Program-made: the position numbers and the translations under genes
Shown here: piece after piece, positions 47,229 through 58,039 of the stretch
Position numbering within the stretch: the stretch's first letter is position 1
Layout of the letters: the number at the start of each line of letters is the position of its first letter
Assembly: GCA_965203905.1 (NCBI GenBank)
Contig: CBDBDQ010000005.1
Span: 4,832,001 to 4,896,000, forward strand
Origin: Spirochaetia bacterium
GTDB taxonomy: Bacteria; Spirochaetota; Spirochaetia; SZUA-6; Bin103
Reading direction: 5' to 3'
Length of the DNA stretch: 64,000 bases
Notes under the pieces: model-generated
Databases searched by the model: none
Told to the model about the DNA's origin: nothing
The model's input: only the letters and a program-made list of their open reading frames with translations

Positions 47229-48866
47229 TCAGTTCAGATTTGCGCTGAATCCGTCGTATGCATCCTGATAGATCTCGATGTACTCTTCGACTCCGAGCGC
47301 CTTGAGCTCGTCGAGGTACTGATCAAAATCATCGAGAGACGCGTCTCCGACGATGAACTTGGCCTCCATCGTTGCTATGTAGTCCTCAATGGGTGTCTGC
47401 AGTTCGACGGCCCTATTCAGTCGGTCCTCTTGCAGATACACATTCGGATATGGCGGAACGAGAAAAGCTCGTATCTCGTCCATTTCATCGCGGAACGCTT
47501 TGCCCCGGGGGAGCTCCGTCAGCGGCACTCCCGCCCACTCGCCCACGATACTCTGGCGGGCGCCGACGAGGCCCTTGTAGCCGGGGGTGATGTACCTGTT
47601 GATATAGCTGGGGATGTTCGGAGCTTCCGAGGTGAAGTTGTACTGCATGAACAGGTCTTCGACCCACCAACCGCCCTTGCCAGTGACGAACTCGGGATGG
47701 AAGTCCCGGCCGGGGCCCTGACGGAACAGCACTCTGCCCGCGTCCGTGAAGCTCATGTCGAACAGCCTGATCACTGCTTCGGGATAGTTGGCCTTGGCGC
47801 TGAGCACGACACCCGCCAACGACACCGCCGGCGGCCCTGTCCAGGTGCGAGAATCGTTGAACTCACTGGTCAACGGAAGCAGGATTCGCCACTCCTCCCA
47901 AGTCCCTCCACCGGCGATCAAGGCAGGCGCCCACTCGGTGATGAGTCCTACCGTGTGCAGGGCACTCTTGGCCCTGGTGGCGGTGATGTCCTGCGTGAAG
48001 ATATCTCTGTCCAGCAGCCCCTCGGCGTAGAGCTTGTTCATGTAGCGGTAGTACTCGATCACGGTGGGCTCTGCCGCCGGTATAAGCACTCGCCCATCCT
48101 TCACCACGATATCGCCGACGCTGGCAGCAGGCAGACCGATTGCGTTCAAAACGGGAGTGCCGGGCCTGAACGACTTGAAAGAAGCGGTGAACGGAATGAT
48201 GTCAGGCCCCCGTCCAGCGAATGCCTTCAGGACGCTGTAGAGGTCATCGAGCGTTCTCGGATAGCTGAGTCCCATTTCATCGAGCCACTTCTGGTTGATG
48301 TAGAACCTCTGGCTGGTGTCGGGATAGTCGATCACCGTTGGCAGGCCATAGATGTTGCCGTCGGGGTTCGTGATTTCAGCCCGCGCCCGCGGAACCCTCG
48401 CGAATACGGCCTGCATGTTCGGCGCGATACGCTCGTGATCGATGAATGGATTCAGCGCCATGAGCTGCTTTTCGATCTGGCCGAATCGCATGATGTCCGA
48501 AGCGGTGAAGCCGCCCTGCATGATTACGTCAGGGAGTGTATCCGACGCAAACATGATGCTTCGCTTTTCCGCCCATCCGCCGCTATCGATCTGCTCGACA
48601 TCCGGAACGATATTGGCCTGCTCCTCGAGCCACTGCCAGAACCAGAGCTCCTCCCAGGGACCGTTGGTGGGGCCTTTCGGAATCGCGAAGCTGATCGTGA
48701 CCGGCTCCTTGGCGATGGGCATCACGAACGGCGGTGTGCCTTCGAAGTTCAGGTAGTCGGTGTTGACTTGCGCTGCCGTCGCCGCCTCCTGATCGGTAGC
48801 GCCGCTGGCAAAGGCAAGGCCTGCGGCTGCAACCAACGCGACCGTAATCAGAAACCGTCTCGTCAT
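47229..48866 (-). CDS. Carbohydrate ABC substrate-binding protein
   Basis: MTRRFLITVALVAAAGLAFASG signal, TLPDV, PDGNIYGLP, INQKWLDEMGL. Confidence 0.92.
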   Translation of the reverse strand: MTRRFLITVALVAAAGLAFASGATDQEAATAAQVNTDYLNFEGTPPFVMPIAKEPVTISFAIPKGPTNGPWEELWFWQWLEEQANIVPDVEQIDSGGWAEKRSIMFASDTLPDVIMQGGFTASDIMRFGQIEKQLMALNPFIDHERIAPNMQAVFARVPRARAEITNPDGNIYGLPTVIDYPDTSQRFYINQKWLDEMGLSYPRTLDDLYSVLKAFAGRGPDIIPFTASFKSFRPGTPVLNAIGLPAASVGDIVVKDGRVLIPAAEPTVIEYYRYMNKLYAEGLLDRDIFTQDITATRAKSALHTVGLITEWAPALIAGGGTWEEWRILLPLTSEFNDSRTWTGPPAVSLAGVVLSAKANYPEAVIRLFDMSFTDAGRVLFRQGPGRDFHPEFVTGKGGWWVEDLFMQYNFTSEAPNIPSYINRYITPGYKGLVGARQSIVGEWAGVPLTELPRGKAFRDEMDEIRAFLVPPYPNVYLQEDRLNRAVELQTPIEDYIATMEAKFIVGDASLDDFDQYLDELKALGVEEYIEIYQDAYDGFSANLN

Positions 48867-49035
48867 TGGCCTAATCTCCTCTCGGGAGTACTTGGATGCA
48901 CCACCCCACTGCGCCAACCGCTGCCACGATGTCGGTCGAGGCAACGACGCGTTGCTGGAACCGCATCCGCATGGCGGTGTACCCGGAATTCCGACCTGTG
49001 TCAATATTGCCGCCTATCCGTATACTGCCGCGGGA

Positions 49036-50946
49036 ATGACGGTCCGACACGCTGGTGAACGGGTAGATCGCCCCAACATCGTCTGGGTGTCCGTGGAAGA
49101 CATCAATCCGCTGCTCGGTTGCTACGGCAACAGTTATGCCACGACTCCCCACCTCGACGGATTCGCGCTGCAGGGTATCCGCTACGCCAACGCCCACTCG
49201 ATGGCGCCGGTCTGCTCGGCCTCACGGGCCGCAATCATCACCGGTATGGCCGCCTGTTCGCTGGGTACCCACCACCATCGCTCGGCCGTCACCACACCGG
49301 ACTTCCTGCGTCTGCTGCCCGCATACCTGCGCGACGCCGGCTACTTCACGTCGAACTGCGTGAAGACCGACTACAACCTGGCGGGGACCTTCCGCCCGGA
49401 CCACGGTGCTCCCATCACCCGCGACGCCTGGAGTGAGTGGCACGGCGCCGCGCACTGGCGCCAGCGCCGGGAAGGGCAGCCGTTCTTCTCGGTATTCAAC
49501 TACACCGAGTGCCACTCGTTCGTGACCCGAGAAGCGGACGATGTGCTGTTGCAGGAACGCCTGAATCTGTTGCAGTCCGAAGACTTCCATGATCCGGCCG
49601 CGGTGCCGCTGCCGCCGTATCACCCTGACTATCCCGAGATCCGCAGAGTCTGGGCGCGTTACTACGACGCCATCACCCAGATCGACCATCACGTGGGGCG
49701 CCACCTGCGCGAGCTGCAGGAGGACGGTGTCGAGGACGACACCATCGTGGTGTTCTGGGCCGATCACGGCACAGGCATGTTGCGCGCCAAGCATTGGTTG
49801 TGGGAGCAGGGCGACCATGTGCCCCTGATCGTCCGCTATCCCGCCAGGTGGCAGCACCTGGCGCCGGAGCTGCCGGGGACCGTGGTGGAAGAGCCGGTAA
49901 CCACGCTCGATCTGGCCGCGTCCACCCTGGTAATGGCGGGGTTGCCGGTTCCGGCGCACATGCAGAGCCAACCGGTGCTGTGCCATCCTCAGGGCGTCGT
50001 CTCGACGCGAACCACTGCCCATCGCCCTTACGTGGTCTCCGGGCGCGATCGCCTCGACACCCGCTTCGAGCTGGTGCGTGCCGTACGTGGCCGGCACCTG
50101 CGCTACCAGCGCAATTTCTTTCCCCACCTGCCTTATTTCCGCTACGAGAACTCTCTTTACGGGTCCGAGTACATTCGCGTCTGGGACCGGTTGGCGCGTT
50201 CCGGTCAGCTCCGCGGGGCTCAGCGGCAGATCGCCGCCAGGCGCAAGCCCTCCGAGGAGCTCTACGACGGTGCCACCGACCCCTGGTTCGTAACCGACCT
50301 CGCCCGCGAGGAGCGGCACCAGCAGAGCCTCACCGAGATGCGTGAGCAGCTCTACGGCTGGATGATCGAGCACCGCGACCTCGGTCTCATTGACGAGCCG
50401 GAGCTGCACGAGCGCGCTGACGGAGCGCCTTTGTGGGAGGTGGGTCGGCAGCTCGACAACTACGAACGCATTCTCGAGACAGCCGACCTATCGCGCCGTG
50501 GCAACAACTCGCACGGCGCGATGCTCCAGCGCGCCGGCGATGACGATTCGGCGATCCGCTTTTGGGCGGTCACCGGCCTCGCCATCGGCCAGTTCGACGA
50601 CCAGCCGACCGTAGCGACGCTGAACCGTGCCTTGGCCGACTCTGCGGTCAGCGTGCGCATCGCTGCTGCTGACGCATTGTGTCGCCTTGGCTGTTACGAG
50701 GCGGCCCTACCCGCGCTCATCGACGCGCTCGAACATCCGCTGGTGATGGCCCGCGGTCGCGCCGCCAACGTGCTCGACTCGCAGCCTCGCGCCGCCGCTC
50801 CATCGTTGTGCCCCGCCTTGGTGCCGCTGCGGCAAGCCATTGCCAGACTCGGCGACGGCCTGCTCGAGGTGCAGTACCGGTTCCCCATGGAACGCTCTGT
50901 GGCCGCCATCGAGGGATCGACCGACTACTACCGCTGGCCGGACTGA
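49036..50946 (+). CDS. Sulfatase with C-terminal HEAT-like repeats
   Basis: PNIVWVSVED, CSASRAAIITG, ADHG; C-terminal DDDSAIRFWAV / DSAVSVRIAAADAL. Confidence 0.92.
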   Translation: MTVRHAGERVDRPNIVWVSVEDINPLLGCYGNSYATTPHLDGFALQGIRYANAHSMAPVCSASRAAIITGMAACSLGTHHHRSAVTTPDFLRLLPAYLRDAGYFTSNCVKTDYNLAGTFRPDHGAPITRDAWSEWHGAAHWRQRREGQPFFSVFNYTECHSFVTREADDVLLQERLNLLQSEDFHDPAAVPLPPYHPDYPEIRRVWARYYDAITQIDHHVGRHLRELQEDGVEDDTIVVFWADHGTGMLRAKHWLWEQGDHVPLIVRYPARWQHLAPELPGTVVEEPVTTLDLAASTLVMAGLPVPAHMQSQPVLCHPQGVVSTRTTAHRPYVVSGRDRLDTRFELVRAVRGRHLRYQRNFFPHLPYFRYENSLYGSEYIRVWDRLARSGQLRGAQRQIAARRKPSEELYDGATDPWFVTDLAREERHQQSLTEMREQLYGWMIEHRDLGLIDEPELHERADGAPLWEVGRQLDNYERILETADLSRRGNNSHGAMLQRAGDDDSAIRFWAVTGLAIGQFDDQPTVATLNRALADSAVSVRIAAADALCRLGCYEAALPALIDALEHPLVMARGRAANVLDSQPRAAAPSLCPALVPLRQAIARLGDGLLEVQYRFPMERSVAAIEGSTDYYRWPD

Positions 50947-50989
50947 CGGCGGTGGACGTGTCAGGAACCTGTTCGTCCGCCGTACGGCT

Positions 50990-51280
50990 GAGAATCATCC
51001 CCGGTCCGCCCCGTATGCTGCCCTGACAAAGGTGTTCATCGATGGCTATACGCGGGACTGGGATGACGCCGCGGTCACGTTCCACAATTGGACCGGTCGC
51101 ACCGTTGCCGCCGGCGATCAATCGGAGCGGATCGACCATGTGTGGCACCGCCGCACTGTCGGCAACGTGGGCGATGTGAAGGTCGCCGACTGCCGGGTGC
51201 TGACCGACAATCCTTCGACGCGGCCCGGCGTATACCCGTCGGATCACTGGCCGGTCCTGTGCGACGTGGCGATCTCGACA
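50990..51280 (+). pseudogene. Endonuclease/exonuclease/phosphatase C-terminal fragment
   Basis: TFHNWTG..RIDHVW..YPSDHWPV; no start or N-terminal half. Confidence 0.75.
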
Positions 51281-51311
51281 CGGGTGTCGGGGCAGGGTAG
51301 GTTTTGCTCCC

Positions 51312-52148
51312 ATGTTGACAGCAGAGCAGGTTGAAGCCTATCGCAACGACGGCTATCTCCGCGTCTCCGACATCTTTACGGCCGAAGAGCTGGCGGAGCT
51401 GGAACGGGAGATGGACTTCATCGTCGACGAGTGGTGGGGCGAGGACAGCATCGGCTGGAAGGGCCCGTGGCGTGACCACTACCTGCCCGCGGGCGAGCAG
51501 GAGAACACGCGTGCCGTGTTCATCGGCAACCCGCAGTTCTACTCGGCGGCCTGGGGGCGGATCATCTTCCACCAGCGGCTCACCGAGTGCGTGCGCGCCC
51601 TGGTGGGCCCCGCGGTGCAGTGGCACGGCACCATCCTGCACGCCAAGCCGCCCGAGCGCGGCACCCCGTTCCCGATGCACCAGGACTACCCGTTCTATCC
51701 CCACGACGGTCCCGACTTCGTCGATTGCCTGCTCCACCTGGACGACGCGCCGGAGGCCAGCGGCTGCCTGCAGGTGGTTCCGGGCAGCCACAAGCAGGGC
51801 CCCCTGGAGCACATCACCGGCGACCACACCCGGCCCTACCTGCCGCCCGAGAAGTACCACCCCGACAAGACGCCGTCGGTGCCGGTGCCGGCCAAGGCCG
51901 GTGACGTGATCTTCTTCAGCTACCTGACCATCCACTGGTCCGACATGAACCGCTCCAGCGACTGGCGCCGCTCCGTGCGGATCGGCTATCACAACGCCGC
52001 CATGCGGCCGACCTTCGTGAAGCCGACCGACCCCTACAACAACCTGGTGGTGGCCGGGCTGAAGCGCCGCGGCAAGCAGCAGAGCCTGACCTACAAGGTG
52101 GTGGGCCAGGGCCAGGAGCAGCACCTCAAGCAGCCGGCGCGCACCTGA
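51312..52148 (+). CDS. PhyH-family Fe(II)/2-oxoglutarate dioxygenase
   Basis: YRNDGYL, KPP, MHQD, GCLQVVPGSH, AGDVIFF..TIHWS.N.S..RR. Confidence 0.92.
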   Translation: MLTAEQVEAYRNDGYLRVSDIFTAEELAELEREMDFIVDEWWGEDSIGWKGPWRDHYLPAGEQENTRAVFIGNPQFYSAAWGRIIFHQRLTECVRALVGPAVQWHGTILHAKPPERGTPFPMHQDYPFYPHDGPDFVDCLLHLDDAPEASGCLQVVPGSHKQGPLEHITGDHTRPYLPPEKYHPDKTPSVPVPAKAGDVIFFSYLTIHWSDMNRSSDWRRSVRIGYHNAAMRPTFVKPTDPYNNLVVAGLKRRGKQQSLTYKVVGQGQEQHLKQPART

Positions 52149-52182
52149 AGCGGCAGCGCACCTGCCGCTGGTTCCGCCGCGC

Positions 52183-53625
52183 ATGGCTGCCGCACCGTCG
52201 CCTACGCGTCCCAACGTCGTCCTCATCGTGGCCGACGACCTGGGCTACGGCGACCTGAGCTGCTACGGCAACACCATCCTGCCCACGCCCCACATCGACC
52301 GGCTCGCGGCCGAGGGCGTGCGCTGCTCCCAGCACTACAGCGGCGCGCCGATCTGCGCCCCGGCTCGCGCCGCGCTGCTCACGGGACGCTACCACCATCG
52401 CTGCGGCGCCCTGAGCGTGGAGTCGAACCGCGGCCTCGACCGCATCGCGTTGCGCGAACGCACCATAGGCGACGTGTTCGCGGCCGCCGGCTACCGCACC
52501 GGATACGTCGGAAAGTGGCACAGCGGCGTGCATGACCGGCGCTACCATCCCAATCAGCGCGGCTTCGGGGAGTTCGCCGGCTTCCTGAGCGGAATCATGG
52601 ACTACTGGAACTGGTTCCTGGACTACAACGGCAGCTCGCGCGGTGCCGACGGCCGCTACCAGACCGACGTGTTCACCGCGGAGGCGGTCGACTTCATCCG
52701 GCGCGGTGCGGCGGCTCCCGGCGCCGCTGCCGGGCAGCCGTTCCTGCTGGTGGTGGCCTACCACGCCCCGCACGCGCCCCTGCAGGCGCCCGAGGAGAGC
52801 TGCGCGCCGTTTCGGCAGCGCGGCGACCTGAACCAGGCGCTGGCCACCATGTACGGCATGGTGGCGCACTTGGATCGGGGCATCGGCCAGATCATCGAAG
52901 CGCTGGAGGCCGCCGGCTGCGCCGGCGACACCGTGGTGCTGGTGACCAGCGACAACGGCCCCCACCTCGGCCCCGAGCGTTACGGCGGCCGGCGATTCAG
53001 CATGGAGCGCTTCAACGGCCCGTTCCGCGGCCAGAAGCAGGACGTGCTGGAGGGCGGCATTCGCGTGCCGGCGATCGTGCGCTGGCCCGACGGCCTCCCG
53101 GCCGGTGCCGCATGCGACGAGATGATCCACTTCTGCGACTGGCTGCCGACGCTGGCCGCCGCCGCGGGCGTCACGGCCGACGGCCTGCCGCTGGACGGCT
53201 GCGATCAGTTGCCGGCGTTGCGCGGCACCATCCCCGCCGGCGCCGCGCCGCGCTTCTGGCAGTTCAACCGCTACGATCCGGTGCCCGGCTGCAACCTGGC
53301 GCTGCGCGACGGCTCCTGGAAGCTGTACTGGCCGCGCATCCCGGAAGCAATGGTCAAGCTGCAGGCGGACAACGTGGCGGTGCGCGAGCTGATGGCGCGC
53401 CCGCACTACGAGATGGAGGTGCGCAATCCGCCGGTGGAGCGCACGCTCTCGGCACCGGGCGAGCCGGAGTTGTACCACATCCCCGACGATCCCTCCGAGG
53501 CGCGCAACCTGGCCGCCGCACATCCCGAACGCGCCGCCCGCATGCGAGTGGCGGCCGAGAACTGGTTCGCCGAGGTGGAGGCGGAGCGCCGGGAGATCGC
53601 CGCACGGTCGTCACCGGGGGCGTGA
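52183..53625 (+). CDS. Arylsulfatase-type Cys sulfatase
   Basis: PNVVLIVADDLGYGD, CAPARAALLTG, GKWH, SDNG, EGGIRVP. Confidence 0.94.
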   Translation: MAAAPSPTRPNVVLIVADDLGYGDLSCYGNTILPTPHIDRLAAEGVRCSQHYSGAPICAPARAALLTGRYHHRCGALSVESNRGLDRIALRERTIGDVFAAAGYRTGYVGKWHSGVHDRRYHPNQRGFGEFAGFLSGIMDYWNWFLDYNGSSRGADGRYQTDVFTAEAVDFIRRGAAAPGAAAGQPFLLVVAYHAPHAPLQAPEESCAPFRQRGDLNQALATMYGMVAHLDRGIGQIIEALEAAGCAGDTVVLVTSDNGPHLGPERYGGRRFSMERFNGPFRGQKQDVLEGGIRVPAIVRWPDGLPAGAACDEMIHFCDWLPTLAAAAGVTADGLPLDGCDQLPALRGTIPAGAAPRFWQFNRYDPVPGCNLALRDGSWKLYWPRIPEAMVKLQADNVAVRELMARPHYEMEVRNPPVERTLSAPGEPELYHIPDDPSEARNLAAAHPERAARMRVAAENWFAEVEAERREIAARSSPGA

Positions 53626-53669
53626 TTGTCGGTCGACCAGTATGTGATGATGCGACGAGGAGGAGCGCG

Positions 53670-53990
53670 ATGATTTACGACATGCGGATTTACGACGTGC
53701 AGCCGGGCGCCGTGCCGCGCTACATGGAGGCGGTCCGGGAGGTCGCCCTGAAGATTCGCGAGGACCACGGCGTGAAGCTGGCCGGCTGGTACTACACCGA
53801 CATCGGTCCGCTCAACCGGATCGTGCACATCTGGGCCTACCGCGACTACGCCCACTTCCAGGAAGCGCGCGAGGCGGTGCGCAACGACCCGCGCTGGAGC
53901 GGCGAGTACCTGCCGCGGGTGAAGGGTCTGGTGGTCCGGCAGCAGGACATGATGATGCGCGGCGCCGACTTCTTCCCCGGCCCGGCGTGA
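53670..53990 (+). CDS. NIPSNAP family protein
   Basis: SD AGGAGGAG; MIYDMRIY..GPLNRIVHIWAY. Confidence 0.9.
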   Translation: MIYDMRIYDVQPGAVPRYMEAVREVALKIREDHGVKLAGWYYTDIGPLNRIVHIWAYRDYAHFQEAREAVRNDPRWSGEYLPRVKGLVVRQQDMMMRGADFFPGPA

Positions 53991-54052
53991 AGGAGTACGA
54001 ACAGCGGGGCCGACTACATCGCCGACGTGCGCCTGCTGCTCAGCACCGACGT
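53987..54052 (+). pseudogene. 66-bp collapsed relic of the GH2 gene at 55616
   Basis: Three fused blocks matching the gene start, 55895-55918 and 56138-56171 (33/34 nt). Confidence 0.75.
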
Positions 54053-54160
54053 GAGCTTCGCAGGGCTCGACAGCTCACGAAGTCTTGATACCGGAGTCGG
54101 ACGACGGTAGGCTGCAATGCCCTGGGTAGCAACCATCATGCGCAGAACGGGAGGACCGCC

Positions 54161-54412
54161 ATGAACAGCGAACTGAAAAAGAACCTGACGGCTTACGAAT
54201 CCATGAAGAGTATGCTGGAGAGCAAGGAACGTGGGCGCATCGCGCTGTTCTCCGATGGCAAGCTGTGCGATATATTCAACGACTTCGGTGACGGCTACAT
54301 GGTCGGTATGGAGCGCTTCGGAGAAGGCAGGTTTTCCATAAAACGGATTGGAGAGCCCCCGGTACAGCTCGGCGCTGCAACGCTGTATGCGGAACCGGTC
54401 CAGATCGATTGA
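54161..54412 (+). CDS. Small protein, DUF5678-like
   Basis: Promoter TTGATA-17-TAGGCT, SD GGGAGG; AYESMK..GRIALFSDGK..F....GMERFG..FSIKRIG. Confidence 0.7.
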   Translation: MNSELKKNLTAYESMKSMLESKERGRIALFSDGKLCDIFNDFGDGYMVGMERFGEGRFSIKRIGEPPVQLGAATLYAEPVQID

Positions 54413-54414
54413 CG

Positions 54415-54855
54415 ATGCCGGCCTTTGTCGGAACGATTCAGGGCAATCAACTCATCATCAAGGTGTTGGTGTCGAAGCCCCAGGTGGCGAACACGTCGAC
54501 ACCTGATCAGGAGTCGTTTACGGCCCTATTGGACACGGGAGCAACGATCACGAGTGTTTCGAAACAGGTCGTCGATGTCCTCTGAATCCAACCCGTTAGT
54601 TGGAAGGATATAGTGGGCGTTCACGGTTCTGAGGCAACCCCGACCTATGCAGTTGGACTCCACATTCCGGTTGCGGAACATGGAGTAAGCCCCGAGGGAG
54701 CTCCGGTCGTAAGCGTCTTCGGTCGAAGCAAGAGCCCTTTGGAGGTTGCGTTGTTGAAATTCGTTCCAACCAGCTTTGACGTATTGCTCGGCATGGACGT
54801 CTTGCGAGAATGCCATCTGACAACATTCCGGGACATCTTCATCCTTGGCATATGA
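54415..54855 (+). pseudogene. Retropepsin-like (clan AA) aspartic protease with one in-frame TGA
   Basis: ALLDTGATITSVS and VLLGMDVL in one frame; TGA at 54583-54585. Confidence 0.85.
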
Positions 54856-55203
54856 AGTTTCAATGCCAGTAAACTGCCGCGTGAGTGGTCCGATCAGATC
54901 CTCGACCGACCTTGTCTTGATTACATCGTCGCGCACGGAACTCTCGGTGGTTTGCCGGACGGCGGCTTTGCCCATTGACACAGCCGCTTCCTCCCGGGCC
55001 GTATCCATGACGCCGAGTGTCGGTGCAATGCGGCGGTACCCGATGCAGCGAGTCGCTGCGCCCGTGACGAGGTCGTCGTACCGGCAGGGGGGCGGGGGGA
55101 GCACGTCGCTGCCGCCGCCGCGGGGTTCCATTCCGGCACCGCTCCCACCATGGCCGGCTCGTACTGACGCCCCGGATCGTGTACCCTGGAGCATGGTCAT
55201 GGC

Positions 55204-55392
55204 ATGAGTACCCAGAAATTCACTATCGAAATAGAGCAGGAGCAGGACCAGCGCTGGATCGCCGAAGTGCTTGAGTTGCCGGGGGTGATGGTCTACGGCA
55301 GTTCTCCGGACGATGCCAAAGCGAAGGTACAGGCGCTCGCTCTCAGGGTCTTGGCCGACCGCCTGGAGCACGGTGAATCCGTTCCGGAGTGA
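55204..55392 (+). CDS. hicB: Short HicB antitoxin
   Basis: IEIEQEQDQRWIAEVLELPGVMVYG. Confidence 0.88.
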   Translation: MSTQKFTIEIEQEQDQRWIAEVLELPGVMVYGSSPDDAKAKVQALALRVLADRLEHGESVPE

Positions 55393-55575
55393 AACGGTGG
55401 CCGAGCACACGTGCACGGCGGGTGCTCGCCGCTCTGGTCAGCATTGGCTGGACGGTCAGGCGTCAATCGGGCTCCCACCGTACGCTCGCGAGACCCGGTT
55501 GGCCCAACTACGTATTCGCCGCGGATGCTTGCGCGTATTGCGCGCAGGACCGGACTGACGCCCGAGGACCTTTGA
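55389..55575 (+). pseudogene. hicA: HicA toxin with deletion and frameshift
   Basis: GWTVRRQSGSHRTL..YVFA then, in another frame, PRMLARIARRTGLTPEDL*; the connecting residues are missing. Confidence 0.82.
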
Positions 55576-55615
55576 CCGACGAGCCCACGATCGACGAACA
55601 GAGGGGCGACACGCG

Positions 55616-57867
55616 GTGAAGAGGTACGGCAGGCAGATCTCGCTGAGCGGAAGGTGGAAGTTCCGCACCGACCCCGACGGCATGGGTGACCGGTATCCCG
55701 ACGACGCTGTCGCCGCCTACAAGGAGGACTGCAAGTTCTTCGATCCAGGCTACGACGACCGCGACTGGGGCGAGATCGCGGTGCCGGCGTGCTGGTAGGC
55801 AGAAGGGCACGATTACAACGGCGCCGCCTGGTATCGGCTGCGCTTCGACCACCGTCCCGGTGCGGAGGAGAACGTGGCGCGCCTGAGCTTCCTGGGGGTG
55901 GACTACTTCGCCGACGTGTGGCTGAACGGCTACTTCCTCGGTTCCCACGAGGGGTTCTTCAATCACTTCGAATTCGACGCCTCGCGCTGGATCAGGGCGG
56001 GAGAGACCTGTTGGTGGTGAAGGTGGACTCGCCCAATGACACCAACCTGAAGGTGCGCCCGATCGAGAAGACCATCGTCAAGGGCGCATTGGACGACTGG
56101 GACTGCAACGACCTGAACGTCAATCCCGGCGGCATTTTCGCCGATGTGCGCCTGCTGCTCAGCACCGACGTCTACCTGGCACGCGTGAAGGCCACCCCGC
56201 TCGTCGACCCGGCGAAGGGTAGCGCCCGCGTGTTGTGCCGGGTGGAGGCGGTCAACACCACCGACCGGTTCCTGCCCGTCAGTCTTGCCGCGCCTTGGCG
56301 CCGGCCAACTTCTCCGGCCGGGCGACACCCGCTATTGCCGGCGCCCGGTCCGTCGGAGCTGGATCTCTGGATCGACGTGGTCGAACCACGGCTGTGGTGG
56401 CCGTGGGACCTGGGCGAACAGAACCTCTATTCACTGGACCTGAGCATAACAAGGGGGAGCGCATCCTCGATCGGGTGACCGACCGCATCGGGTTGCGCCA
56501 GGTGCGCACCGAGCCGGGGTCGTCGGCGATCCACGTCAACGGTACGCGCGTGTTCTGCCGCGGTCCCAACTACGTCTCCGATCAACTGCAGTCCAACATG
56601 ACCCGCGACAAGTACCAGGCCGACGTGCGCCTGATGCGCGAGGCCAACATGAACATGGTGCGCGTCTACTGCGTGGTGGAGAAGGAGGAGTTCTACGACG
56701 CCTGCGACGAGCAGGGCATCCTGGTCTACCAGGACTTCCCGATGCAGGGCCGAATGAGCAACTCCAGCGACCTGGTGCGGAGGTCGGTGCCGCAGGCGCG
56801 CGACATTGGTCAATCAACTCTACAACCACCCGTCCATCGTGCTGTGGTGCTTCGGCGCCCAGCCGGGGCTCAAGAACTTCGAGAAGGTGGGCATGGCGAT
56901 GGCTGCGGCGGCGCGCCGCGAGGACCCCTACCGGTTCGTGCAGCAGGGCGCCAGCGTGTGGGAGTGGAAGCTGATCAAGGACAAGTACGACTGGCCGATC
57001 GACTACCACTTCTTCTGCGGCTGGTTCTCGCCCGAGTTCAAGCATGCGCCGTTCCACCCGCGGGAGGTGCTGGAGCTGCCGCCCGAGGAGTGCGCTTCCG
57101 GCGCCTCGGTGGAGGAGTTGAAGATCAAGCGCAAGGAGCTGCTGGAGTTCGTCAGTGAGTATGGGACCGCCGACTCGCTGCCGGCGCTGGAATCGCTACC
57201 CAAGTTCATTGCGAAGCAGGACCTGTGGCCCGTGAACTGGAAGATCTTCACGCGCCGCGGGCTGCACAGCGACCGCCTGCGCAAGTGGACCGGCGAGCCC
57301 GCCAGCCTGGAGCAGATGATCGCCGCCAGCCAGGACTACCAGGCGTTCGTGCTGAAGTATCACACCGAGTTCTTCCGCCGCCACAAGTTCGCCCCCTGCA
57401 ACGGCGCCCTGTACTTCCAGTTCCGCGACTGCTGGCCGGCGGTGACCGCCTCGGTAGTGGACTACTACGGCAAAAGGAAGAAGGGGTACTTCGCCCTGCA
57501 GCAGGCCTTCAACCCCATCCACGTGATGATGGACTGGCCCGACCTCGCCGGGGAGCCGGCCGGCGTCACCTTCCGGCGCGCGGTCTACGTGGTCAACGAT
57601 TACGCCACGGCGTACCCCACCCTGACCGTCACGTGGCAAGTGCTCGGCGCGGGAGACGAAGTGCTCGCCCGCAGCAGAATCGCCTGTACTGCGCCTGCCA
57701 ACAGCCTGCAGCAGATCGGCGAATTCTCGTGGGCCATCCCCGCCGCCGGCGGCAGCTACCGCGTGATGCTCGCACTCGAACGCGACGCCGGAACCTCTCT
57801 CCAGCAACAACTACCTGGTCGAGGCGTGCGCCGTATGACCCAGCCACACCCGCGTTTGAGCCCGTGA
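55616..57867 (+). pseudogene. GH2 beta-mannosidase-like pseudogene
   Basis: GH2 motifs spread over several frames (GVDYFADVWLNG, LWWPWDLGEQNLY, RGPNY, NHPSI, SEYG); TAG at 55796 and about five frameshifts. Confidence 0.9.
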
Positions 57868-57931
57868 CCGTTCCTCCCAGGCAGGATCCCGGTTACGACA
57901 CGCTGAGCCTCCCGGATGTACATGCCGTCCT

Positions 57932-57991
57932 GACCAGCCGCCGGCCCGGCTCCACCACCAGGAAGGTTCCGCGCGTGGTGTGTCGCCCCGG
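57932..57991 (-). pseudogene. Inverted relic of the SRPBCC gene
   Basis: PGRHTTRGTFLVVEPGRRLV vs TGSHTTRGTFLVVEPGHRL at 61460-61515. Confidence 0.75.
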
Positions 57992-58039
57992 GCGCGGCCG
58001 TCGACGGCGAGCCGAATAGTGAGTAAACTCACTACCGCT

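Noticed and set aside
20483-54585. Selenocysteine or readthrough at the in-frame TGAs of higB and the protease
   Set aside because: Positions are not Cys-equivalent, TGA is the normal stop of many genes here, and similar lesions use TAG or deletions.
55616-57867. Programmed frameshifting or sequencing error in GH2
   Set aside because: Several frameshifts plus a nonsense codon while neighbouring long genes are clean; ordinary pseudogenisation is simpler.
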